Source: the human T2T-CHM13v2.0 reference genome, Homo sapiens. From it: 64,000 nt of DNA. Position numbers and translations under genes: made by a program. The stretch lies in NCBI RefSeq assembly GCF_009914755.1, contig NC_060933.1; one strand, given 5' to 3'. Position 1 is the stretch's first letter. Each line of letters starts with the position of its first letter. A model generated the notes under the pieces. That model saw only the letters and a program-made list of their open reading frames with translations, searched no databases and was not told the DNA's origin. Below, one piece after another: positions 29,963-43,529 of this stretch.

Positions 29963-30002
29963 CCTGTTAGTTCTGTCCGTCTAGATAACCCTGACTAATG
30001 TA
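29512..30002 (+). mobile_element. MLT2A (HERV-L) solo LTR with internal (TA)n
   Basis: Starts tgtgatggttaatactgag...cttgattggattgaaggatgcaaag and ends aaccctgactaat; degenerate 5-bp TSD gacgt/gacag. Confidence 0.9.
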
Positions 30003-30479
30003 GACAGGGAATAAATCTAAATGTCCATTAACAGTGGACTAGATAGAGAAAATATGGTATACGTACACCATAAAATACCACACACCATCAAAAAGAGCGA
30101 AATCACGCCTTTGCAGTACCATGGACACAGCTGGAGATCATTATCCTAGGCGAATTAATAAAGAACAGAAAACCAAATACTGCATATTCTCACTTGTAAG
30201 TGGGACCTAAAAACTGAGTATTCATATGCACAAAGAATGAAACAATAGACATTGGGCCTAGTTGAGGATGGAGCATGGGATGAAGGTGAGACTCTACAAA
30301 ACATCAGGTATAATGTTCACTACCTAGGTGATGAAGTAATTTGTACACCAAACCCCAGTGACATCCAATTTAACCATGTAACAAATCTGCACATGAACCC
30401 TCTGAACCTATAATAAAATTTGAAAGGAAAAATTAAAAATGAATTAAAAAAATAAAATGGTAAATAGTAAATATTCTTG

Positions 30480-31890
30480 ATTTATACTTTCACCATTTAA
30501 AAAATATCCTTTTATCTTACAGTAATGATTTTTGTTTCAGTGTCCATTTTGTCTGATATTAAATTAACATAGCTACTCAGGCTTTTTTGAGAGGTTATGG
30601 TTTGCACTTTATATCTTTTTCTATACTTTATTTTCAGTCTGTTTGTGTCTTTGAACCTAAATTGTGTTTTTTTACTGGCAGAATAGTCATATAGTTGAAT
30701 CATTATTTAAATTCAGTCAGTCAATCTCTGCCTTTTTCAGAGTGTTTACTCCATTTGCATTTGATATAAAGTGAAGTTCACTTCTGCCATTATACTATTA
30801 TTCTTTTCTTCCTGTCTTCTGTATTTGTTGTTCTTACAGTAATACCACCTTCTTTTTCTTTTTCTTTCTTTTTTTTTTTTTTTGGACAGGGTCTTACTCT
30901 GTCTCCCAGATTGAAACACGATATCGGCTCACTGCAACTTCCACTGCTCAGGTTCAAGTGATTCTCCAGCCTCAGCCTCCTGAGTAGCTGGGATTACAGG
31001 TGTGTGCCACTGCCACCTGGCTAACTTTTGCATTTTTAGCAGAGATGGGGTTCCACCATGCTGGCCAGACTGGTCTTAAACTCCTGACTTCAAATGATCC
31101 ACCACCCTCAGCCTCCCAAAGTGCTGGGATTACAGTCATGGGCCACCGTGCCCGGCCACCACCTTCTCTTTTGGTATAGATATTTTACAGTGTGTCATTT
31201 CAATTTCTTGGCAATTTTTAAAAATATTTTTGTGTTTCCATAGTATATCATAGTATTTTTATTAGAATTAATATTTTATTTCGTAGAAATTTAGTTTAGA
31301 TATATTGCAATTAAATTTCAATAATATAAATATGCTTTGCTCCTATATAGCTCATTTCCCCCTCTTCTTTGTGCTGTTATTGTCATAAAATACATCTTAA
31401 TACTTCACATGTTCAGCAACACATTTTTACAATCAAGCCATTGCTTTATGCACAGGTCTTTCAACATAGGTGGGACAGAAAAGAGTTACAAACAAACAAA
31501 AAACAGTATTATATTATATTTTATGTATGCAGTTATATTTAACTTGTGCTTTACATTTCTTCATGTAATTTTGAGTTTGTTTGGTGTCCTTTCATTTCAG
31601 CCTGGAGGACTTCCATTACTACGTCTTGTAAGGCTTTTCTGGTAGCAACAGATCATCTCTGTTTTTGTTTTTCTGGGATTGTCTTAATGTATCCTTTAAT
31701 TTTGAAAGTTTGTTTTGGTGCATATCAAATTCTTGGTCTACAGCTGTTTCCTCAGCACTTTGAGTATGTCATGTGACTGCCTTCTCTTCTCCATGGTTTT
31801 CAATTAGAAATTGGCTGTTCATCTTATTTTTAACCCATCATATATTTAAAAAGATTATTTGACCTTGCTGCTTTTCAGATTCTCTCTCTG
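30480..31890 (-). mobile_element. Old L1M ORF2 start, inter-ORF and ORF1 end (piece 2)
   Basis: ORF 30512-30703 (FRFKDTNRLKIK...ISDKMD) is the endonuclease N-terminus. Confidence 0.75.
30854..31157 (-). mobile_element. Alu (Jb/Sz-like)
   Basis: Full Alu with a small right-arm deletion; TSD accaccttct. Confidence 0.92.
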
Positions 31891-31911
31891 CTGCATCTCA
31901 AAAAGAAAAAA
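31891..31911 (+). mobile_element. Severely 5'-truncated Alu (21 bp)
   Basis: ctgcatctc followed by an A tail, between exact 14-bp TSDs agattctctctctg. Confidence 0.75.
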
Positions 31912-31929
31912 AGATTCTCTCTCTGGAAG

Positions 31930-34900
31930 ATTTAAATTATATCAAGGTTTTTTTTTTAAATCACAATAACAAGAAACTAGAAATCAACAATGGAAGTTAT
32001 CCTGAAAATTTTAAAAATATGTTGAAATTAAACAACATGCTCCTAAACAACCAGTAGGTTATGGAATAAATTAAAAGGAAAATCAAAGAATACCTTGAGA
32101 CAAATGAAAATGGTAATACAGCATACCAAAACATATGAGATGCAGCAAAAGCAGCTCTAAGAGTGAAACTTGTAGCAAAAAAATGCCTGTATCAGTGAAA
32201 AAGAAGGATCTTAAGTAAACAATCTAACATTATATATCTGAGAAATGAAGGAAAAACAAACTAAGACCAAAGTTAGAAGGAAGTAAATAACAAAGACCAA
32301 AAATGAATAATTTAGAAACTAGGAAAATAATTTTAAAAATCAACAAAACTAAGAGGTTTTTGGAAAGATAAAATTGAAACACTCTTCAAAAGAACAATTG
32401 AGAAAAAATAGAAGATACAAATAGATAAAATCAGAAATAAAATAAGAAAAATTACAACTGATATGATAGAAACATAAAAAATTCTAATAATACTAGGAAT
32501 AATTACATACCAACAACCTGGATAACCTAGAAGATATATATAAATTTCTGATTAGATACAGCTTACTGAGACTAAATCATGAAAAAAATTAAAAATCTGA
32601 ATAGACCAATAATGGCTAAGGAGATTGAGCCAGTAATAAGAGGTCCCCCATCAATGAACAGCCTGAGACATAATGGCTTCTCTGCTAAATTTTACCAAAC
32701 ATTTAAGAAAAGCTAATATAATCTTTCTCAAACTCTTCCTAAAATTTCAAGTAGATGGAATACTTCCAAACTCATTTTTAAGGCATGTATTACCCACATA
32801 CCAAAGACAGACAGGAGCAGTACAAGAAATGAAAATTACAGGCCAATATCACTAATGAACATAGATGAAAACATCCTCAACAAAATATGAGCAAACCTAA
32901 TTCAACAACCCATTGAAAGAATTATGCACTATGAGCAAGTGGGATTTATCTCTGAGGTGCAAGAATGGTTCAACATATGCAAATCCGTAATTGTGGCACA
33001 CCACAATAACAGAATAAATGACCAAAAATACATAATCATCTTAATAAGTGCAAAAAAAAAAGCATTTGACAAAATTCCGCAACTGTTCTTGGTAAAATCT
33101 CTCAACAGATTAGTTACAGAGGGAATGCACCTCAACACAATAAAGGCCACATATGATAAGCTGACAGCTAACATTATAAATCAATGGTTAAAAGTTGAAA
33201 TCTTTTCCTTTATTATCAAAAACAAAATGAGGATGCCCATTCTCACTGTTTCTTTTCAACATAGTACTGGAAGTACTAGACAGAGCAATTAGGGAAGATA
33301 AAGAAATAAAATGCATCCTAATAGGAAAGGACAAGGTGAAACTGTATGCTGACAAGGTGATCTTATAAATAGAAAACCTTAAGGATCCCACCAAAAAATT
33401 AAAACTAATAAATAAATACAGTAAATTTGCAGGATACAAAATCAACATGCAGCAATCAGTAGCACTTGTATGCACTAACAATGAACTCTGAAAGAGAAAT
33501 TGAGGACACAATCCCATTTACAGTAGCAGCAGCAACAAAAATACTTAGGCATAAATTTAACCAAGGAGGTGAAATATCTGTATACTGAAAAATATAAAAC
33601 ACTGATGAAATAAATTGATGACAACACAAATAAATAGAAAGATAACTTATGTTTATGGACTGGAATAATTAATTTTGACAGTGTCCATACTATTTGAAGA
33701 AATCTATAGATGCAATGAATCCCTACACAATCCCAATGGTAATTTTTACAGAAATAGAAAAAAATTCTAAATTACATATGGAACCACAAAAGATCCTGAA
33801 TAGTCAAAGCAATGTTAAGCAAAAAGAAAAAAAAACATGATTAGAAAACATACTTTAAAGCAATTGTGATCAAAAGACGATAGTACTGGCATAGAAATAG
33901 ACCCATGGACTGATGGAATAGAGTGGAAAGCCCATAAATAAACTCACACCTTTATGGTTATTTGATTGGCAGCAAAAATCCCAAAAATACACAATGGGAA
34001 AAGGATAGTCTCATCAATAGATACTGTTGGGAAAAGTGGATATCCATAAGCAGAAGAATGAAACTGTATTCTCCTCCCACATCATATACAAAAATAAACA
34101 CAAAATGGTTTAGGGATTTAAAGTAAAACCCAGAAATATATAAAAGTACTAGAAGAAAACATCAAAAAATATTTCATGTCATTGTTTTGGTTAGTAACTT
34201 TTTGGATATGACCTTGAAAGCCCAGGTAACAACAGTAAAAATACATAAAATGATTGCATCAAACTAAAAACAACTTTTTCATAACAAAGGAACCAACAGA
34301 GTGAATACATAACCCATAGAGTGGAAGAAAATATTTTAAAACCATACATTTGATAAGGGATTAATATCCTAAATACATAAGGAACTCAAACAACTCAATA
34401 ATAAGAAAACAAATAACCAACTAAAAACTGAGCAAAGAGCCTGAACAGATGTTTCTTAAGATATACAAATGGCCAATAGAGTCATAAAAATTTGTTGAAT
34501 ATCTCTAATTTTTAGGTAAATTAAAATTAAATCTACAATGAGATATTACTTTACACCTATTAGAATGACTATGATAAAAAAGATGAACTAAAAAATGTTG
34601 GTAATGATGTGGAGAAAACAGAATCTTTGAACACTGTTAGTGGAAATGTAAGTTAGTACAGCCATGAAAAATGGTATAAAGTTGTCTCAACATCTTGTAG
34701 AAATTATAGACAGCTAGAGGAACAAGAGAACTACCATATGATCTAGCAATCCTACTTCTGGGTATATATCTAATGGAACTGAAATCAATATATTGAAGAC
34801 ATGTCTGCATTCATATTCACTGAAGTGTTATTCACAATAGCCAAGATGTAGAATAAACCTAAGGGTCTATGCAGATGAACAGATAAAGAAAATATTAGAT

Positions 34901-35450
34901 ATAAGCACAAGGGAAAGCCATTCAGCCTTAAAAAAAAAAAAAAAGACAATGCTGTCCTTGGCAATAGCACAAATAAACCTGGAAGACATTTTGCTGAGTG
35001 ATGTAAGCCAGGCACAAAATGTCAAATATTGCATGATTTCCTTTTTATGGTGAATCTAAAAAAGTCACACTCATCAATGAAGGAAGGAGAATGTTGGTTA
35101 TTAGAGGCCAAGGGTTGGCAGAGGAAATGTTTGTCAAAGGACATAATGTTTTAATTAAACAGATGAAAGAAGTTTTTGAAATCTACCACACAGCAAGGTG
35201 ACCACAGTTAATAATAATGTATCTAATATTTCAAAATTGCTGACAGCAAATTTCAAATGTCTCAAAAAAAAAAGGATGGGTGAGGTGATAGATATGGCTT
35301 TTTTTTATTTAATCATTTCAAATTGAGTACATATATCAAAACATCACATTGTACTTATGGGTACATATTGTTACACTGTACCTATAGGTACAATGTTATG
35401 TTTTGATATATGTATACAATTTGAACGTATACATAAAATTTTGGAATGCA
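31930..35450 (+). mobile_element. L1MA ORF2 plus 3'UTR (5'-truncated)
   Basis: RT motifs (QVGFISEVQEWFNICKS, AFDKI); L1MA-type 3'UTR. Confidence 0.88.
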
Positions 35451-35456
35451 TATATG

Positions 35457-35650
35457 AAATCTTGTCTAAAAAATTATGAGAATTATATCTATATAAATAT
35501 ACATAATACATTATATATTATTTATATATTAATATATAGGTACAATTTTTATTATATATTATATAAAATACATTTTTATATATTTTATATTATATGTATT
35601 ATATTTATATATTATAGAATATAATTTCTCATATTCTTTAGACAAGATTT
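35457..35650. repeat. AT-rich imperfect inverted repeat (~60-bp arms)
   Basis: aaatcttgtctaaa...tatgag... is mirrored by ...ctcata...tttagacaagattt. Confidence 0.8.
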
Positions 35651-35894
35651 TCTTTAATTCTTTGAACATACTTTAAACTGCCAACTTCGTGTTATTTGCT
35701 ATAAGTCCAAAATTTGTGCTTCCTGTAGAGTAGTTTCTATAGACCTTACTTTTTCCTGTATATAAGACATTTTTAAAAATTTTTTTGCCATGTATCATGT
35801 TTTTGTTGAAAATTTTAAACATGGAATAATTATATGTATTTATATATAATGAAAATGTTTGAATAAAAATGACATAAATTAGAAAGGGTTCTTT

Positions 35895-37560
35895 CCAACT
35901 TTGGGTTTTGATAGTTTATAATATGTCTACGTCTGGATTTTTGAGTTTATTCCTTTTGGGTTTTACTGAGTTTCTGGACATGTAGATCAACAATTTTTAT
36001 CAAAATTTGGGAAGTTTTCAGACATTAATTTTTCAAATATTCTTTCTACCCCTTTTCCTCCCCTCTTCTCTCTGCTCCTTCTGTTCCTTCTCTTTCTCCT
36101 TCTGTGACTCTCATTATGTATATATATGTATCATGGTATCTCACAGGTCTCTGAGACTTTTTTTCATTCTTTTCTCTCTCAGTACCTCAGACTGGTTATA
36201 TAAATTGAGCTATCTTCAAGGTCAAGCATTCATTCTTCTGAAAGCTCAAATCTTCTGTTGAGTGCCCCCTGTGAATTTATTTTAATTATTATTGTGTGTT
36301 TTGACCCTATAGACTGTATTATAAACTTTTAAATAATTTATATATCTTTCTTGATATTTTCCTTTATTTGATGATGTATTATTCTCATATTTCCAATAGT
36401 TCTTTAGACAAGATTTTTTTTAGTTCTCTGAACATTCTTTAGATAGCAAACTTTATGTTTTCTCTATAATTCCAATATTTTTGTTTTCTGTAGTGCAGTT
36501 TCTATTGATCTTACTTTTTCCTGTATATGAGCCATATTTCTTATTTATTTGCATGTCTCATACATTCTTCGTTAAAAATTTAAAATATTGAATAATATAT
36601 AATGGCAAATTTTGTAATCAGATTCTCTTCTATCCCCAGTAATTTTTTTTGTTCTTGCTGGTTTTTTTTTTCATTTATTTCTTGAATTAATTTTGTCAAG
36701 TCTGTATTCTTTGTTGGATGTAGCTACTGCAATTTCATCTCAGTTAGCTTTGTCATCAGCTAATGATTGAATAGATATTACCTTAAATGCCTGGTATAAA
36801 TATGTCTTTTAGCATTTGCCAAGGGATTCTATGCATTTGGGGACACACTGTCAATGTTTAGGCAAGCAATTTACAGCTCTTGTTACATTTTACTTCTTAC
36901 TTACATTAAGCCACATGACTGCACATGCAGACAGACTTGCACATGCGGCCCTTTAGATTTCCAGGAATATGTTGAAGCTTTTCAACCCCCCTATGGACAG
37001 CTCCTTCCCCAGTTTTTTATTTTAAATATCTATCAGCCTGAAATTTACCCCAACTTTTATCTCCATCTCAGGCAGCTGCAGTTTATCCAATTGCCACTGC
37101 TTGTTTTCAGCAAACACACCTTAGGTAAAGACTACTTGTTCACACTCGATTATGACTGAGTCAGGTCAAATAATCACAAGGCTGGTTTGTGGAGTTATCC
37201 AAGGAAGTGACAGACAGCTCAAATAATGACCACTCTCTGAGAATGAGGCTTTAAAGGAGCTCCAACCATTTTCTACTTCCTACATAAGCTTCCTGGATGC
37301 TATCATTATTGTGGGCTGTTGGTTTTCAAAGTTATCCCAGAACGGAGGACAGAGGGGATGGCATAAAAAAGTTGCAATGCCACAGACCTCACTATTTTTA
37401 CAAGTTAGCCATTTTCTTGAATAAACACTCTCAAGGTTATTGCAAATTTTAATTAACTTCATGAATTTTGAAAACTTCATTATGAGAGTTTTGCCAGTTT
37501 TACTTGCTTTTATTGAGAAAAGGATTTTTGGAGGATCTTAATCATTCTCTCTAACATTAT
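35895..37560 (-). mobile_element. Old L1M ORF1 N-terminus and 5'UTR (piece 3)
   Basis: aatttgggaagttttcagacattaatttttcaaatatt is the reverse complement of the ORF1 ENFPN motif region. Confidence 0.7.
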
Positions 37561-38659
37561 TGTATTATATCTTTAAACATACGTATCATTTTCAGTTATC
37601 ATTCCTTTCCTCTTCCAGAGCTTCAGGTTCACATTATTTTATATCCAATATTCCTCAATATCTATGATCTACCCCATAATTATTATTTGGGTCTTTCCTC
37701 TCCACTTAAAATCTTATGATTTCCTCTGTCTTTTCCATAATGCACTAGGCCGTACTTATAGTCATATGTGCTTTATTGCCTCTAATCTACCATTCAACAC
37801 TTAACTGCATTTTTATTTTCATATCAAGTTTATATTTTAACCATTGAATTTTTTAATCTCTGTTTTTTTCCCCTCACGATCTCATTTTGAGTTTCTGTAC
37901 TCTTCTTTGAAATATTTTTAAAGCCTAAAATTTATTTGAAATTATGGAGATATTTTCTCTGAACACTGCTCCTATTTCACTGAAATTCATCTTGAGAAAT
38001 TTATTTTTCACCTGTCATTTGCAGTGCTTGTTCTTACCTTTTTCCCTCCAACATTAATGCATACACTTTCTGAAGTTCTTTTGTCATTATTACTGACTTT
38101 TTAAATGGGAGCAATTATCCTGAAATCTACTATGACGAAGAGTGGGAGGATAAATCACAGTTTCAATTCATATTTGTTGTATCCAGCAACCTCTCACTAA
38201 ATATGATTTCCTTTGTCCTACAAAGACATCTTCATTTAATTTTTAGTGCCCCAGTATTCAGCATGGCTGGAAAAGCTCTTGTACCCAGAGGCATTTGATG
38301 TCATTATCTGGCCCTTGGTGCCTCCTCGCCTCTTTTTTCAGTTTAAGAAAAGACTGGAAGTCTGAATCGGCTATCAACATGGTTTACCATCTCTCCTTCC
38401 TAGGCATGTACTCATGTAAAACTAGATCTTTGCATTAGACTTTGTCTAGGACCCTCATTTTACTGTTCTAACCAATAATCTTTGGGAAGATATTTAACTA
38501 TACAGTGATTGGATTTACAGCTTAAGATCTGCAAAAGTATGTGTCCTGTTTCAGTATCTCTTTCACTTTCATCTACTTTTTCATTATATGACATATACAA
38601 ATAACACATTATAATTTTGGATGACAGCCCTTTTTCCTGTGTATTAAAAAAAATTTTCC

Positions 38660-38772
38660 CCTATTTCTTCCTCCCTCCCTTCCTCCCTCTCTTCCTTCCT
38701 TTCTTTTCTTCTTTCCTTCCTTCTTTCCTCCTTTCCTCTCTCTCCCTCCCTTCCTTCCTTTCTTATTTATTT
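38660..38772. repeat. Polypyrimidine (CCTT/CCCT)n low-complexity tract
   Basis: Seen directly in the sequence. Confidence 0.85.
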
Positions 38773-38849
38773 CCATATTTGTTGATTGTGAAGAAAAGGT
38801 TTTTGAAAATAAATTTGGAGGGAAATTTTATTCCTTTGAGTAGTTTGCA

Positions 38850-39260
38850 AAGCAGGGATAGACAGCCTTCTGTTCTAATCAAAGTTGTGTTCCAGGCAAC
38901 AAAAAGATGATTCAGGTTTTATGGCAAAGGTTCCTGCCCAAGTTCCTAATCAGGCCCATTAATGCCAATGAAGGATTGAAACTTACTTAGTTCTGATTGG
39001 TTGGTACACCTGAGCTCTAATGAGTTGATACCATTGAGTCCTAATTGGCCAGGGCAGATGAGCTCTGAGTCTCTGTCAGATGTTTCTTTCAAATGGCCAA
39101 TATTGGGAAAGGGGGAGGGTGTCTGGTCAAAGCTTATCTTGGCATTGACAACAGAAACTGGTTTGTTTGCTCAATTGTAGACAGGGAAGTCCTATAACAC
39201 TTATACAACATCTTTCTGAGAACACAATAGTACGTGACCACTCCTTCACCAAAGGTTATA
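38850..39260 (-). mobile_element. ERV1-type LTR fragment (MER67/MER31-like, uncertain)
   Basis: GC-richer island with repeated ctgattgg/gagctct motifs typical of MER4-group LTRs. Confidence 0.4.
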
Positions 39261-40699
39261 TTTTATTCATACTTCAGAGTTAAATTAAAATATTACTTCA
39301 CAATGAAAAAGTCTGGGATTCTTTAGCCTAAATTATATAAGTCTATTAAATTCACTTAGGAGCCTAGAATTTCCCTTGTAGGTTTTTCATTAGTATATAT
39401 AAGTAATTGATGTCTTATTATTTTGTTGTGTCTGTTTTTATTAAATACGCTTTCTCTGAGGGCAGGGGTCATACTGTCTTAAATTGCTGCAATCAACACA
39501 TAATAGAAGGAACATAGCATTCAAATTTTTGTATTGAACCAATTAATTAATACATAAGCTTTATGAAAATATGTCAATGGTAAATATAAGTAAATTTCTG
39601 AAAACAGTCTACTAATGAATAGAACAAATACATTTTACCAATATTTTGCTGTAAACATTAAGCAGTTATTATTATTGACAACGTTGACTGACACTATACT
39701 ATAGCATCATAACTGCTAAATTAGTACTGAATATGCTATTAACATTAGCGATAAAGTATCATCATTATTTAAACACAGTTTGTCTTAACACTCATTTGTA
39801 TGCACAATGCCTTTTTCTAAATGCATGAGTGCATCATAAATATATAAATCTCCATAATTATCCATATCCAGTCTCCTTTCTGAATCCACTAAATGCAGAG
39901 ATGAGAGGGGGAATTTGTAATTTCATAGCTGATATTAATGTGCAGCTCTGTTTAAAAGTCACTCCTCTATTTAAAAAAAAGTTCCAGATGCTTTTTGAGA
40001 ACTATAGTTAAAATTTGTGGGCGTAGGATTCTTGGTCATATTTCTATTCTCATTCTACCATTTTTAATATTTAATTTACATCTGTTGGCCTCACTGAAAA
40101 CTTAAGACTTCCAAATTAATTAAAAATTTATAGAAAAATTGGAGTTTCTCACTTTGGCCTATTGAAACAAACTTCATTAATATTATATAGTTCTAGTGAG
40201 CTCAACAGTAATGAGCTATGTAAATACATGTTATAAACGAGAACTAAAATGTTAACTAAGGTACAACCACTTGGTGAACTTCTATAAATGCTGGCTGATT
40301 TTCACGCCCTTCAAATAGCCTTCAAATAGAAAAATAGATTTTAACAACCACATACTTTCCCTAACTTAAAATTCAGTGAATTTCAAGTGTTATTTTAAAT
40401 TTGCAATAATAAGTATTTAAAGAGAAAATTTCATGCATGAAATAAAAGTACAATCATATCCATCCTACCTAGCTATCTATCACTTATTGATCACATATTC
40501 ATCTCTCTACCTATTATGCATTAACTTAGGTGATTTTCATGAGAACCATATTTAATAATGTTTCTATGGGAAAATGCATTCCATTATCATTTGAATTCAG
40601 GATGACATAACACTTCAAATAATGCTTCTCTTGCTTTTCTGGTGACCATGCCTGAGATTCTGAGCCTTCATAGACTCCTATATCTCAAGAAGAGCTGAT

Positions 40700-43300
40700 T
40701 GATAGAAATACAGATTCTTCTGCATACCAACATTTTTGTTTCTTCTCTAAATATACATAAATCAATATATTCAATTGATACATGCCTTGAATTATAAAAC
40801 TGTTCTTTGCAATTCAGTTTTTCTTCTCCCAAATCATTTTCTAAGTACTTATACTGAAATATATATATGCAAATGGAACAGTTTTACATTAATAATATAA
40901 AAGAATATTTATTATACTCATATAAAATGTTTAGAAAATGTGGCTTGTGAATATTTTCATATTAATGTCAACACAGGTAGCTCTACATCATTTTATTTAA
41001 CTACTCTTTAGTATCCCATATGATACAACTGCCTAAAAATTATATATTGATAAATGATTAATATATTTTCTTAGTTTTTGCTCTTAAAAACATAATTATA
41101 TTTTTTCTTCATTTACACGAGAGATTATTTAGCTGCTATTGAAGAGTTAAATTTGTCTTGAAAATTTATGCCTATAAAAATTCAGTCTAAACTGCCAAAT
41201 TGCCTTTCAAAGGCCTATTTCCATTTTTGCTTTCTAAAACAATGTATGATCACATCATTTTTTCCAGAAATAATACTGATAAATTTCAATTATTTGTGAA
41301 TCTATATACAATATATTATATAATTAGTTTAATATATATTTATTTGCTCATCACAGAAATTCAACATTTTCATTTCTTAAGTATCTGAATTTACTTGGCT
41401 GTCAATCTGAACATTGTCCATTAGCTTATATGTTTATATGTTATTATCAATATGTTAATATGAATAATTTTACAAGCAAATTTTGTTATTAAACTTTATA
41501 CTTTAAACCCATAAAATTTTCTACTGTCAGTATACCAATAATGTATATCTTCTTTTTTTTAAGAAATAATAGCCTGCTGTAAGACTTTAAACATAGTTTT
41601 CCATAATGTGATACTTTCATCCATTTGTTGCTTAAATTTTTTTTGTTATTTGATTTGAAATTTATGTCTGTAATGGAATGAGGCAGAAATCTGAATTGTT
41701 CCCCCAGCAACCTCAATAAAATGGTCAATCGCTACAATGTAATGACTCCTTCTCATTATACATCTTTTCCTCATTGATTTTATTGGCTACCTTGATCATA
41801 TGCTAAATTTGAACACATACATGTATCCAATTCAGTATGTATGAGCTAGTTCATTAATCTAACGAACAATTTTTATTCCATTACTATATAATTTTCTCAT
41901 TTTATCTAAATGATATATTTTTATTGTGGATCATTATTATCTCCTTCTTCCAAACTGTCCTTGTATTTCTTAACTGTTTCTTTTGATCCCTAAATTGATT
42001 TTAAATTAGATTATCAATTTCTGTCAGAGAATAAACTCTTTTATGATTCTAACTAGGTGTGAAATAAAATAAAAATTAACAATTATTGATATCACTTTAT
42101 TGATTTATCATTTAAAGCACTTGTTTATTGAGCAATAGTTATTTTTTCTATATTAGTGACATTTGTTCTTTCCCATATAATATTTACAACACATCTTTTT
42201 TGTATTGACTTGTTCCTATGAGAGATTGATTATTAAATAATAAGCTAGCCTAGAATTCATGGAATAATTCCCACTTATTCTATTTATTGTGACTAAATTC
42301 AACTTGCTAATGTTTTATTCATGAGTTTTTGCATCCATGCTTACGGGTATATTTTTCTTTAATTTTCTTTTCTGTGTAATGGCCTCAGGCTTACTACCAG
42401 AGTTATACTAGCCTGAAAACTGTGAAAGAGTTTAAGTTTGGTATTACTTTTTCTTTAAATGTTTGTAGTTTTCTTGTGGGAATTTTTTAATCAATATTTT
42501 TTAGAGACAGGGTTTCTCTTTGTTGTCCAGGCTGTAGCATGGTGGCCTCCTAAGTATCTATAGGTGTGTGCCACCATGCCTTGCTAATTTCTTTTTTTCT
42601 AGAGATGGGGTCTCCCTATGTTGCCAAGGCTGGTTTGAACTGTCTGGCGTAAAGCAGTCCTCCCATTTTGACTTCCAAAAATGCTGGGATTGCACGTGTG
42701 AGCCACCTAATTTGACCAGGAGAGTATTTAGTTAAAAAGTCAACAACTATAAGATTACTCATATTTTAAAATTTCTTCTAACACTAGTTTTGGTAAGATG
42801 TTTCTTTAAAAAATAATATCTATTTTTTCGAGTTTTAATATGTATTCACAAATTTTTTTATAATATCCTATTATCTTTTATAATGTGAGAAAGGATTGAA
42901 ATTATATTATCTTTTTCATTATTGGTATTAGGATTTGTATTTTCACATTTTCAAATCCATCAGGCTGAAGCTTTGTCAATTTTATTACTTTTTTAAAAAA
43001 CAACTTGGGCTTTGATTTTTCTGTTTTCCAATTTATTTTATTTTGGCATATGTATTTATATTTTCCGTTATTTTTTTTTTACTGTTTTTAATCTTATTGA
43101 AATGGGACTTTAAATAATTGGTTTGTTTTCTTTTCTAGTATATGTAATTAAAATTATAAATTTCCTGCAAGGCAAAAATTTAGCTGCTTCCCACAAATTT
43201 TGTATTCATTTATTTTCTAAGATTTTAAAATTTATTTTGTATATTTTAAAAAATTTTAATGTGTTGACTGTCTAAAGTTTATTTTTAATATTAAAATATG
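40700..43300 (-). mobile_element. Highly degraded L1ME remnants
   Basis: Scattered L1 motifs (aaactgccaaattgcctttcaaagg; ttttgcatccatg; tagctgcttcccacaaatttt). Confidence 0.5.
42498..42720 (-). mobile_element. Internally deleted AluJ
   Basis: agagacagggtttctctttgttgtccaggct...tgctgggattgcacgtgtgagccacc. Confidence 0.8.
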
Positions 43301-43529
43301 ATATTTCCAATTAAATTTCTACTATTGGCTTACTTTTTTTTCTTTCATTTGGTATCACCTCAATCAAATATTAAGTACTGAGATAATCTGAGGTTAGACT
43401 GAAACTTCTGAAAGTGCTTGCCTACTACTGTAGCTGTTACTTTCTTGTCTTCAATTTTATGAATATACCATAATTTATTTGATCATTCTACTGATGATGG
43501 GTATATGTGTAGTTTCCAGGTTCATGCTA

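Larger units (their letters stand above)
25350..30455 (+). mobile_element. L1PB-like element: partial 5'UTR, ORF1, ORF2 with a large internal deletion at ~27990, 3'UTR
   Basis: ORF1 peptides (INSRTDQVEERISELKD; NLENVFEDIAHGKCPNL), endonuclease region, ORF2 C-terminus, L1PB 3'UTR and A-rich tail. Confidence 0.88.
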
